From NCBI GenBank assembly GCA_937625935.1, contig OW569353.1, forward strand, positions 548,121 through 612,120: a stretch of DNA of 64,000 bases. The letters are read 5' to 3'. The notes below the pieces were generated by a model. That model searched no databases. It had not been told where the DNA came from and was given only the letters and a program-made list of their open reading frames with translations. Every line of letters starts with the position of its first letter. The stretch's first letter is position 1. Positions 1 through 9,454 of this stretch are shown one piece after another. The translations under genes and the position numbers were made by a program. The stretch comes from Tetramitus jugosus (lineage: Eukaryota; Protista; Heterolobosea).

Positions 1-407
1 ATGAGAAATGATGTCAGTAGCAGAGAGAGAACAAGAATTGTTGTGAGTGCTTTGTGAAGACACGAATTGTTGTGTTGTTGCTGTTGTTGTTTGGTGGGAG
101 TGGTACCAGTGGATGATGATTTTTTGGTCGTCATCGATGCTGCAATTGATTTCTGAGAGGAAAGCTTTCTTTTGTTGTTTTCTTTGGGGTGTTTGGCTGC
201 GAAATCTATTCTCCTGACATTATTCTCCTGACTGGTTGGCGCCGAATTATGTCAACGTTTTTGGCGCGAGGACTGTTCGCAACTTTTTCAGTTCTGTTCG
301 CACATGAACTTCACTTCCAGAATAAAGGCAAGAAATTTGCATGATCAGAAAAAATTAAACAACAAACAAAAACAAAACAAAAGCAATAGAACAAGAACGA
401 AAAAACA

Positions 408-788
408 ATGGTCAAAGTGTATGAATCTTCAAACGGTCTCAAGATGACCGTTGGTCAGAATGCAGTCGAAAATGATCAAATCCGCAAAAGTGCCTCACAA
501 AAGGACATGTGGTTCCATTTGGAGAATGTGGCTTCTCCACATGTGATTCTCTCTGCTCCAAAATCTGGGTCCTTCTCGAGACAAGATATATCCGAGGCTG
601 CACAATTGTGCAAGTACTACAGTAAACAAAAGAGCGCGCCAAAATCCAGTGTCATCTACATTAATGTCAAGAGAGTGAAGAAGGTGCCTGAGATTGATGG
701 ACGGTGTGAGTTGGCAGCAAAACCGGAGCAGCTGTTTGTGTTCCACTCGGACGAAGATTTAATCGAGGACGTGAAACTCATTTCTTAA
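408..788 (+). CDS. NFACT RNA-binding (DUF814/CCDC25-like) domain protein
   Basis: VGQNAVEND...DMWFHLENVASPHVIL...AAQLCKYYSK pattern typical of NFACT-R; ATG preceded by a CAA-rich leader. Confidence 0.8.
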   Translation: MVKVYESSNGLKMTVGQNAVENDQIRKSASQKDMWFHLENVASPHVILSAPKSGSFSRQDISEAAQLCKYYSKQKSAPKSSVIYINVKRVKKVPEIDGRCELAAKPEQLFVFHSDEDLIEDVKLIS

Positions 789-878
789 GAAGTGTTGGTG
801 TTTAGGTCGTATACTGATTATCTGAGTATTATCGTGAATAGAAGAAGTCCATGTTGCTCAACAGAGTTATGTGTCGTA

Positions 879-1709
879 CTATTCCTCAATGTCAAAGTAG
901 ACATAGTTGATGAAAAAGGCCGAGCTGAATAACAGTGCCTTGTCTTCTGATGAGGAATGAATTGGAAAATCGATAACGAGTGGATCAATGCCAACTGAAC
1001 TGGCATTCTTGTTCATCATTGGATTAAAGTCTCTCTTTTTCTTCTGAATTGTACCAATGATCTCTTCTGGATTACTTTCTGGTGATATGTTCATTCTCCG
1101 TGTGAAACAACCTCCATGCAGTATGAATAGTAATTGATTAGCATAGTCCCGTACTTCGACAAATCTCTTTCCAAAGCTTGCTCTTGTTGATATAGTACCA
1201 AGTAATTCCTCGCTGTTTTGTGATACTTTGTGATGATAAACTTGCATGATTTGTTTTCCGAAACTGAACTTTCTTTTGAGTGTTAGAAGCTTCCTTGTCT
1301 GTTCCCGAGCATTTGAGACTTCCTCTTTGTTCCTTTGTGTGACAACACACAGACCTATTGTAATAGAAAAAGATCTTCTTTGACCGAGGAAGAACCTCGA
1401 AATTGGTGAGGATTCTTCTTCAGCTGTGAGATAGACGTGTTCCCGAAGATGGCTAAACTCGATCAGGAATCGACTCTCTGGTTGAACATTCTGCATCAAT
1501 TCACTTGGACTTATCATTCTCTTAATAAAACAACTTTGGTTCTCCGTTTTCTCAACAAGCGATCCCATTTGATGTTTAAATATCTTGTCAAAAACAGGCA
1601 ACGTATGGTCCATGATAGCCTGGACAACTTCCTCTTCCTGAGAAGAAGAAACACTCCAGCTCGAATCAGGCGGACAGATATATTGAGCTCCAGATTCACT
1701 AATCCTCAT
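879..1709 (-). CDS. Phospholipid scramblase-family protein
   Basis: Scramblase-like motifs YLTAEEES..ISRFFLGQRRSFSI, IGTIQK, IDFP....EDKALLFSSAFFINYVYF. Confidence 0.7.
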   Translation of the reverse strand: MRISESGAQYICPPDSSWSVSSSQEEEVVQAIMDHTLPVFDKIFKHQMGSLVEKTENQSCFIKRMISPSELMQNVQPESRFLIEFSHLREHVYLTAEEESSPISRFFLGQRRSFSITIGLCVVTQRNKEEVSNAREQTRKLLTLKRKFSFGKQIMQVYHHKVSQNSEELLGTISTRASFGKRFVEVRDYANQLLFILHGGCFTRRMNISPESNPEEIIGTIQKKKRDFNPMMNKNASSVGIDPLVIDFPIHSSSEDKALLFSSAFFINYVYFDIEE

Positions 1710-1834
1710 CTTGTTGTGACCAATAAGTATACAATGTTGGTTGCTTGTTTCCGTGGATTCAGTGTTCTCTTCACTTGAAAAACTCCTCCACCACGAAATT
1801 CACGAACAACAAACACGCGCCAAATCAAACGAAC

Positions 1835-2440
1835 ATGACCACGCCACAGTTTACGGAACGGGACGAACGGTTCATGAAACAAGCACTGATCGCAGCGGAG
1901 AATGCGCTCAAAGAAGGTGAAGTACCCGTTGGTTGTGTCATTGTGCACAATCCAACCAACAAGGTGATTGGAACTGGTTGGAACAAGACTGTAGAAAAGA
2001 GAAATGGGACGAGGCATGCGGAATTTGAAGCTTTTGATGAGATTTTGGAAGAAAAGGGATATGAAGCTTCCATTTTCCAAGAATGCACACTGTATGTGAC
2101 TGTGGAGCCTTGCATCATGTGTGCGAGTGCATTGTTACTCATGCGAATTCAAAGAGTCATTTGTGGATGCATGAATGACAAGTTTGGAGGCTGTGGATCC
2201 ATTTATCATGTTCATGAGCATTCACAGACGACGGGACACGATCCTACTGACAACAACAATAGTAACTTGTTGAAATTTTCAAATTATGAGTGTGTGAGTG
2301 GATTGTTTGCTGAGCAGGCGATTCAATTGTTGAAACGATTCTATGAACAGGAGAATCCATTGGCACCGAAACCGCAACGCAAAAAGAGAAAGACGGAAGC
2401 AACAACGACAATGACTGGGAAAGAAGAAGGTTTGCTGTGA
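1835..2440 (+). CDS. ADAT2: tRNA-specific adenosine-34 deaminase catalytic subunit (Tad2/ADAT2)
   Basis: EVPVGCV, HAE and LYVTVEPCIMC zinc-deaminase motifs, NDKFGGCGS, ENPLAPKP C-terminus; first plausible ATG at 1835. Confidence 0.92.
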   Translation: MTTPQFTERDERFMKQALIAAENALKEGEVPVGCVIVHNPTNKVIGTGWNKTVEKRNGTRHAEFEAFDEILEEKGYEASIFQECTLYVTVEPCIMCASALLLMRIQRVICGCMNDKFGGCGSIYHVHEHSQTTGHDPTDNNNSNLLKFSNYECVSGLFAEQAIQLLKRFYEQENPLAPKPQRKKRKTEATTTMTGKEEGLL

Positions 2441-2516
2441 TTGTTGTTGAACAGCAGCAACGAATGAGATTGGTGTAAAAGGGTGTGCAAGATGAGGTAC
2501 TACCAGTAAAAACCGT

Positions 2517-3443
2517 TTAATGTTGACACACAATGATGAGATCCGTGCGAAAATGCGAATCGATAAATGTATCCCAACTAATTTGCTTCTCTGACCACAA
2601 ACTCTGAATACGGTGTCTCTGTGGCAGTGCAAGCCCCATGCTTGTAGTTATGACCTGAATGGGATTATCGTGGACACCCAGTGTATAAGTCATGCATGAA
2701 TGTTCTGTGCAGTGTACATCAATGAGACTCCTCGTATGGTCGTAAGGAGCAGTGGGAAACCAAAATTTGAGTATCTTGCCAATCTCGGTCCGATCGTAGC
2801 TGGGTTTCGCTAGTGCGACCATGTTAAAGTTGCAGCGGGACGCATGATCTACAAATCCTTGTTTTCGCTTCAACTCAATGAAGTCCACCAAACAACGCGA
2901 GGTGCTCCACAAAAGTGTGCAATTGGTTTGCTCAGTCAACTCCTCCGTGTTGTCCTGTATCAACGAAATGGATAGCACTTGTGTTCCGTGTTGGTTCTGG
3001 AGAAGATGTCCAATATTTTGCTCCATTTTTCTTGGAGAGTGTGCATAGTAGAGGATAATGGTCGCGAACTGAATATCATCACCGATTCTACCGATCCAGG
3101 TCATTGGTACGCCCGAGGTATTCTTTAAAATGTCCTCAGCTGAGCATGTTACTGCGCCCTGAAGCATTGCAGGAATGAGACCTCCTGCATTGGTCAATAA
3201 TGGTGTCGTAGAACATGTGCCCTCTTCTTCCGCTGTAGATATGGACTTTTCTCGATCGAAGGGTGGTACACGATGCACCATTGCAAAGAGCGTCTCGCAA
3301 AAGTCCCGATTAGATGAATAGATGTGGATGTAGCGCCTACAGGTTCGGAGATGAAGCAACAATTGTTGTACAAAGTGCGTCCCAATGGGTGAGTTCAGCT
3401 GAGTCACAGCATAAAGGGAGAAGTTATTTCGTGGGAAGAGCAT
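2517..3443 (-). CDS. Hypothetical protein (308 aa)
   Basis: ATG-initiated uninterrupted ORF filling the space between neighbours; no recognised motif. Confidence 0.55.
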   Translation of the reverse strand: MLFPRNNFSLYAVTQLNSPIGTHFVQQLLLHLRTCRRYIHIYSSNRDFCETLFAMVHRVPPFDREKSISTAEEEGTCSTTPLLTNAGGLIPAMLQGAVTCSAEDILKNTSGVPMTWIGRIGDDIQFATIILYYAHSPRKMEQNIGHLLQNQHGTQVLSISLIQDNTEELTEQTNCTLLWSTSRCLVDFIELKRKQGFVDHASRCNFNMVALAKPSYDRTEIGKILKFWFPTAPYDHTRSLIDVHCTEHSCMTYTLGVHDNPIQVITTSMGLALPQRHRIQSLWSEKQISWDTFIDSHFRTDLIIVCQH

Positions 3444-3513
3444 ACTTGGTTTTTTGTTTTTTTGGGTTGTTCCACGAAGTCGGTTTTCGAAACGGGATCA
3501 CACTAACTGTTTT

Positions 3514-5835
3514 TTACTGTGAAGTGGGTGCATTCATTTGCCTAAATGTGGCATCGACGATACCTGTCCTCGTCTCATAGACAAACAATCGCATGATACG
3601 ATTGAAGAAGGTGATTTCATTGGGATTTTCTAGGTATTCCTCACGATTCTCCAGTCCCGATATCTTGACAATACTTATCTCTGGCACCACTTTTCGAATA
3701 ATGTTCAAAACTTCAGTCTCTGATGGATAACTGTATCCGTGTTTGAGCTCTAATTGTGACACAACATCTGAGATGATGATGGCCACATTTTGCAATAATC
3801 CCATGACAGGGTTCTTCTTCTTCAAGTTTCGCTCCATCCAATCACTCAACTTGTCAAACACTTGCCTATGGTAGATCATTTGATAAATCATTTCCTCTTG
3901 ATCGATTCTGGATGGGAAGAACAAGTCACCCTTCAGTATTCCAAAATTGAAGATTGTGAGAACTTGCCCCAGTATATTACATGCTCTGACCTTGTCTCCA
4001 TTGCAATTGCCTTCAGCAATGACATCACAGATCCGGATCAGTGATGTCCACAATTGCTTCCAATCTGTCACAAATCGGATTCGGAATTTCTTTGCAAGAC
4101 ACAATATGGCATGTGTCGCTGAGAGAGCCTTACTGTACATTTCCATGGAGAAGTGATGGCGAGTCATGTGATGATTCAAGAATTGAATCAACAATTCAAA
4201 CACAATCTTTGCCAATGAACCATGGCCATCACATGATCGCACAGTGAATTGTCCCTTCTCTTTGAAGAATAGTGTAAAATCAAGCTTTACATTATTATCA
4301 AACATGAAGGATCGGAACACTTTCTTATCGACGAGGCACAGTATAATGATCAGGCAAAAATGAGAATAATACTGTGTCGATATGTCTTCGTTTGATGAGT
4401 TCTGAGTCGCTGTTATTTGTGTATTGTTCGCATTCTTCACATAATTATTAATATAGTGAGGTTCCTGGAACAAGATGGAGCAGTACTTTAGAAACTGTTG
4501 CAGAATGAGAGGACAACCCCTAACATTTCCACCTCTACCGCGCTCATCCAACCGATCCATCACATCAGCACTCGTCTCTCTTTCGATTCTTCGTTGATTG
4601 TCTTCATTCGCTGCAATACTCGCAAGAGATCGAGTCAACAATCCCACAAAATTCTCATTGACATGAATGAGCTCGTACAACATGAGAAGCATGGCACTCA
4701 CTTGTTTGACATCCTTTGGTTTTGCAGCTCCAGCACTAGCGCTACTCGTCGTTGTCGTCGCAGTCGCAGAAGAGAACAAACTGTTCCAAACATAGGTAAA
4801 AATCGATGCATTCGCTGCTACAGTCATCTCAAACGAACTTGTCCACACGCTCAAATATCTCGTAATCACATCACTAAACGCCATCAACACTGCAGGCTGC
4901 TCAATCTTCTTCAAATGCGCCAAATAAATATTCTCCTTCATACTCTCATACTTTCTATAATTGACTAGAATGCTGAGACAAACAAGCGCATTCTTCTTCA
5001 TCTTCATACTCGTCTGTTGTGACATGAGAACATGAACCAAACTGTCGTACACATCAACCAACATGAAATAATCAATCAACGCATTCTGATTCACATTCTC
5101 CTGACCCGTCAACAAAATGACAAACAGTGCCAGAGCCAACTGCTGCACCTTACTATTCTTCTCCTGCACAATACACTCACAACACTGAACAATCAACTTT
5201 TTAAAATAATCATCTGCATTCTGCAATCCACTCACCATATTCAAAATGTTCAGCACTGAAAAGGAAGAAGATGAACTACCACCACCACTAGAGCTACTAC
5301 CCATATTCGAACTTGAAAAATTCGAAGCCACAAATGAATTTCCACCTTTTCTAAACAATGACTGAAACAAGACACACAGAGTCAACAGTGCATTGATGCG
5401 TCTCGTATAAGACACATTGACCACATGTTTCAACAAGTTTAAAAACAGTGGATTCAGTATGCTTCTCTGCATGGACAACAATTCTTCTTCACTGGTCAAC
5501 TGGATGCAATCTTCGAGGTATTTTGTGTTGACTTTGAGCAGAAAAAGTTCATCCCAAAATTCAACATTTTCCACCCTGTGATGATTGTCGTTATCACCAT
5601 TTGATGATAATGATGAAGGTTTTTGAAAGATGGGTTGATTGTTGAACAATTGTTCATAGATGCTTACGAATTTTTCCTTGTGTGAGGAGGCACTGGGAGG
5701 TGAATCACCTGTTATGCTTGTGGTGGTTGACGACGCCGCGTTCGTGGAGTGATCCGAATGGTTACTGCTGTTACTCAACAGACCGAAAATCATGATTGTC
5801 GTTCGTTGGTTGGCTTTTTTTTTCTCGTTGAACAC
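3514..5835 (-). CDS. ARMH3: ARMH3/C10orf76 (DUF1741) armadillo-like helical protein
   Basis: FWDELFLLKVN, NQNALIDYFM, LVNYRKYE..NIY, IFNFGILKGDLFFP motifs; the ORF track starts at a non-ATG codon, so the true start is probably slightly downstream. Confidence 0.8.
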   Translation of the reverse strand: MFNEKKKANQRTTIMIFGLLSNSSNHSDHSTNAASSTTTSITGDSPPSASSHKEKFVSIYEQLFNNQPIFQKPSSLSSNGDNDNHHRVENVEFWDELFLLKVNTKYLEDCIQLTSEEELLSMQRSILNPLFLNLLKHVVNVSYTRRINALLTLCVLFQSLFRKGGNSFVASNFSSSNMGSSSSGGGSSSSSFSVLNILNMVSGLQNADDYFKKLIVQCCECIVQEKNSKVQQLALALFVILLTGQENVNQNALIDYFMLVDVYDSLVHVLMSQQTSMKMKKNALVCLSILVNYRKYESMKENIYLAHLKKIEQPAVLMAFSDVITRYLSVWTSSFEMTVAANASIFTYVWNSLFSSATATTTTSSASAGAAKPKDVKQVSAMLLMLYELIHVNENFVGLLTRSLASIAANEDNQRRIERETSADVMDRLDERGRGGNVRGCPLILQQFLKYCSILFQEPHYINNYVKNANNTQITATQNSSNEDISTQYYSHFCLIIILCLVDKKVFRSFMFDNNVKLDFTLFFKEKGQFTVRSCDGHGSLAKIVFELLIQFLNHHMTRHHFSMEMYSKALSATHAILCLAKKFRIRFVTDWKQLWTSLIRICDVIAEGNCNGDKVRACNILGQVLTIFNFGILKGDLFFPSRIDQEEMIYQMIYHRQVFDKLSDWMERNLKKKNPVMGLLQNVAIIISDVVSQLELKHGYSYPSETEVLNIIRKVVPEISIVKISGLENREEYLENPNEITFFNRIMRLFVYETRTGIVDATFRQMNAPTSQ

Positions 5836-5918
5836 GTGGTTTGTGTTTGATGTGGGTAAGTTTTTTGGTTGATGACGGTTTGGGAAGGTAATGAGTGTAG
5901 TGGTGATGTGAATGTTTA

Positions 5919-6290
5919 TTATACAATGTTGGACTCCTTCTCTTTGTAGTCTAGATAGGTTCGCATGATTCCATCCGAGTAGTTCTTTTCTGGGAGAGGT
6001 AGGTGAGCTCGTTTTTTCAAGTATTTGGTCATACCCTTACTGAGTTGCTTGGCTCTTTGATACACGACCAAGCCAGCTAATTTGTTTGCTGAGAAGGAAC
6101 CTAGGTTGCAAATGTGGATTTGGGAGAACAAAGTTCTCTCTTCGTCAATCTTTCGCAATGTATATACAATGATATCTTTCATCTCACAAGTTGTTCCTCC
6201 ATCTGGGATGTAGGGCTTTGCTATGCTCACTGCCTCGTGTTTCTTTACTCGATACTATAATGTAAAGATGGCATCCCTTGGAGGAAGTAA
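5919..6290 (-). pseudogene. START/lipid-transfer-like domain fragment (truncated or pseudogene)
   Basis: Frame reads LLPPRDAIFTL*YRV...YTLRKIDEERTLFSQIHICNLG, resembling the C-terminal half of a START fold; in-frame TAG and no ATG start. Confidence 0.35.
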
Positions 6291-6401
6291 AAAACGAGAG
6301 AATAGAAAGAAGGGGAAACAATAGATGGGTTCAGATCAAAAGCGGACAGCTATTTACAAAAAAGGGATCGAAATTGGGCGAGTTCTGGCTAAATATTTCC
6401 T

Positions 6402-7316
6402 TCAGAGCTCCAACAGCTGACTAACAACTTTTGTTAGATCACCAGCATTCTTTTGGAGGAGGAACTTGTTGAAGTCGACATTTGGGAAGCCCATGGCGAC
6501 GAGAGAGTTGAGTTGATTCTCATATTCGAACACTTCTTCAGTGTCCATTTGTGGCTCATCCATAACGATTTCATTGGTCTCTTCAGTTGCCTCCACTGGA
6601 GTTTCTTCTCTTGCTTCTTCTGGTCTTGTTTGAATGTTCTCTTCCATAGATACATCCTCGTCAACCAAGTGATTGTCGTTGACCACAGTAGGGATGTTAA
6701 CAGGTTGCACTTCTTGGACAGTCTCCTTCTCCATGTTCTTCTTCTTTTCAGCTCTATTGAAACCAAAGCGATGACCACGTCTTCCATGACACATGAACAA
6801 TGGACGGTCATTCACATCCATGTTTCTTGGTGGCATACCAGTGTGTGGTCTTGGGTGACCATGATGGCATCGATTGACAGAGTGTCTGCCATGGTGGTGG
6901 TGATGAGCATGATGATGGTGAGGATGATGCTGAGAGTGGTGCGGGTGATGAGGATGGTGGTGTGGGTGGTGCGGGTGATGCTGGTGATGAGGATGAGGAT
7001 GGTGGTGACCTTCATGACCATTCTCCTTGGACAAATAGTGGCACTTGAACTTCAATGTCTGAGAGTTAGAAGCTTGTTGCATAGTGTTCAAAGCAAAGTT
7101 CCACTCTGCCTCAGTGGAAATGGTCACCCATTCAGATTCCTCATCCAGATATTGAACGTTTGTGTCATAATTGGCTGCACGAGTATAGAAAGGAGCACTT
7201 TCATACATGTCTCTCAATTGTTTGACGAATGATTGGAATGAGTCTTGAGTGTTCATCTGAATTCTTCTAATGTCATTTCCAGGGTGCAGGTAAATCTTGG
7301 TGTGTACGAGTGGCAT
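6402..7316 (-). CDS. PB1 + His-rich linker + UBA protein (p62/NBR1-like ubiquitin receptor)
   Basis: N-terminal DIRRI...QYLDEESEWVTISTEAEW (PB1 OPCA motif); C-terminal LVAMGF....NKFLLQKNAGDLTKVVSQLL (UBA). Confidence 0.8.
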   Translation of the reverse strand: MPLVHTKIYLHPGNDIRRIQMNTQDSFQSFVKQLRDMYESAPFYTRAANYDTNVQYLDEESEWVTISTEAEWNFALNTMQQASNSQTLKFKCHYLSKENGHEGHHHPHPHHQHHPHHPHHHPHHPHHSQHHPHHHHAHHHHHGRHSVNRCHHGHPRPHTGMPPRNMDVNDRPLFMCHGRRGHRFGFNRAEKKKNMEKETVQEVQPVNIPTVVNDNHLVDEDVSMEENIQTRPEEAREETPVEATEETNEIVMDEPQMDTEEVFEYENQLNSLVAMGFPNVDFNKFLLQKNAGDLTKVVSQLLEL

Positions 7317-7610
7317 GGTTGTTGTTATTCTAAGTTATTGGTGTGTTGGGTTGTTATCTTTTGTTGTTGCAGTGTTGTGAATCTCAAAACCAATTTATAG
7401 TGAGTGAGAAGGTTGAAGAGAGCCTCCACGAACTGTGCGTTTTTCTGCCATTGCGGGAATTGCAGGAATTCCTCGGAAAAAACCAAAAATAACTTGGGAC
7501 ATCCATTACCAAACTGGACGACAGGTTTCCCTGTACGGAAAAAAATATTGAGCGCGATTTGATCAATTATCTCATCTTACAACAACAATTTCATTGAATA
7601 TTATTACTCT

Positions 7611-9167
7611 CTATTCTGCCAACAGCCAACGAGGAAATCCAAACAGAATCAGGGAAGCTCTTACAACTAGAGCAATCATTGAGAGGAATAGAAACATCAA
7701 CATGAACCAAGCAACCAAGCGTTGAGTAATTTTTCTCTTTGGAAATCCACCTGTGACAAGACTCCACTTTGTCACGTAGTACAGGAGAAATGATACAGCA
7801 CCAGATAAGATACCAATTCCTGCCTTGATTGGTGAAAATCCACCCGTTAGTTCGAACATCCTAAGCACTGAAGGATGTCCACCAATTATGATGACAATGA
7901 CTAACAATATGAGAGCAATGGTAAACTTGATTCCACCAATACCCAAAACAACGGCCACAATTGTTCCATTCAAGGAAGAAGTCACTAGAGGTGTACCATG
8001 AAAGAGAGTATCATTGGTTGTTGTCGGAGCGTTGACAAGAGACTCTATGGTATCGCCACCATACATTATCATTGGTAGCAAAGATCTGGAAATCGCCAAG
8101 GTGATTGACAAAATGGCTAACAATAAGTTGTTTAGCATTAAATCTCTTGTGATTACACAACTGGCAAACACGACCACCCAAGTGATAAAAGAGACATTGT
8201 ACAGTCGCTTTCCATGAGTCGAATCCATATCCAGAGGCGTTGTCATTGATCCATACTTGAATGTCATAAAGCATGAAAACAGTATCCACGCCTGTAAAAA
8301 TACATTAGCAATCATGTACCACTTTTGATCTACATAGTTAGCCAAACCACAAATAATCAAGGAGAAACACATGACTGTTGTAATGAGGTAACTTCCTGCA
8401 TCCAAACATTTCCTCTTGATCATGTACGTCTCTTGAATTGGCACAAAAGGTGGCTGGACTTTTGGATTCACGAACATCCAGGTCAAAATTCTCACATAGC
8501 TCAAAAGCAAATGCACTCCATCCAGCAAAACATCCAAAAAGGTCAAATCAGCATCTTCATCCTCCTCAGTCTTCTTCTCGTCACTCTCTGCACCTTCTTC
8601 ACCATTCCACCCATCTCCTATCTTTTCATAACCAGCACTATTGTAGTATTTGCCTTTGGTTGCTCTTTTACGCCTTCTCCTTGTCGAATACAGCGAATTC
8701 TTCCAATTGTAAAACTCCATTGCTCTACTCACATAAATATCTCGATAATTGCGGTCTCCAATTCGAATCACATGATCTCCTTCATTCATATCCTTTAGTT
8801 CTTGTTGATTGGCAGTCGCCGTATGATTCGATCCATAATCCACTGATATCCACGACAAATCACCACCCTGCTCATCAGCATTCTGCATCATTTCTCTACC
8901 CTCATTCACTGCAGAAGGGTTTTCTCTTGTTTCATCTACTGCTTGAGTCGATTGACTGCCATCTTGCATCATGTTCACAAAATCAGATTCCAACAAGCTC
9001 TTCCACAGAGAATTATTCCCATTGTTGTTTGTTGCATCAGTCAAGCAATGATAAAAGTGTCTATTGGTGCAAGAGAGAGCACAAACATCTCTTCCTCGAA
9101 CAAATGTCAACATGTTGTCAATGACCAAGTGATCTGGCAAATCTTCCAGTTGATCCAATGTGTCCAT
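7611..9167 (-). CDS. F-box protein with multiple C-terminal transmembrane segments
   Basis: LEDLPDHLVIDNMLTFV..RDVCALSCTNR F-box motif; many hydrophobic helices in the C-terminal half. Confidence 0.7.
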   Translation of the reverse strand: MDTLDQLEDLPDHLVIDNMLTFVRGRDVCALSCTNRHFYHCLTDATNNNGNNSLWKSLLESDFVNMMQDGSQSTQAVDETRENPSAVNEGREMMQNADEQGGDLSWISVDYGSNHTATANQQELKDMNEGDHVIRIGDRNYRDIYVSRAMEFYNWKNSLYSTRRRRKRATKGKYYNSAGYEKIGDGWNGEEGAESDEKKTEEDEDADLTFLDVLLDGVHLLLSYVRILTWMFVNPKVQPPFVPIQETYMIKRKCLDAGSYLITTVMCFSLIICGLANYVDQKWYMIANVFLQAWILFSCFMTFKYGSMTTPLDMDSTHGKRLYNVSFITWVVVFASCVITRDLMLNNLLLAILSITLAISRSLLPMIMYGGDTIESLVNAPTTTNDTLFHGTPLVTSSLNGTIVAVVLGIGGIKFTIALILLVIVIIIGGHPSVLRMFELTGGFSPIKAGIGILSGAVSFLLYYVTKWSLVTGGFPKRKITQRLVAWFMLMFLFLSMIALVVRASLILFGFPRWLLAE

Positions 9168-9454
9168 GGTGTTCTCGCTTTTGTTGTTTGTTTTTGGGCA
9201 GTTCGCTTGTGGGCGAAATAAGATCTCCTCGGGTAAAAAAAAACACTTGGCTCACAATGCGAACTTCATTCCATGAGGCAATTGGAAGGTATTCGAATTG
9301 TCATTGGTATGTCCAGATAAACGTGAATGATTGTATAAAGTACTCTGATCTCCATCCATCCATCCATACACTCCAACAACCCAAACTTGCAAGTTAATTT
9401 TGGTTTCATTCAAAAAAGAATCATAAAAACAGAAACAAACAAAAGGAATCAATC

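Noticed and set aside
6453-7232. Long antisense ORFs opposite low-complexity genes (also near 8438, 25730, 32599, 34523)
   Set aside because: Shadow frames caused by codon bias and His/Gln repeats on the coding strand
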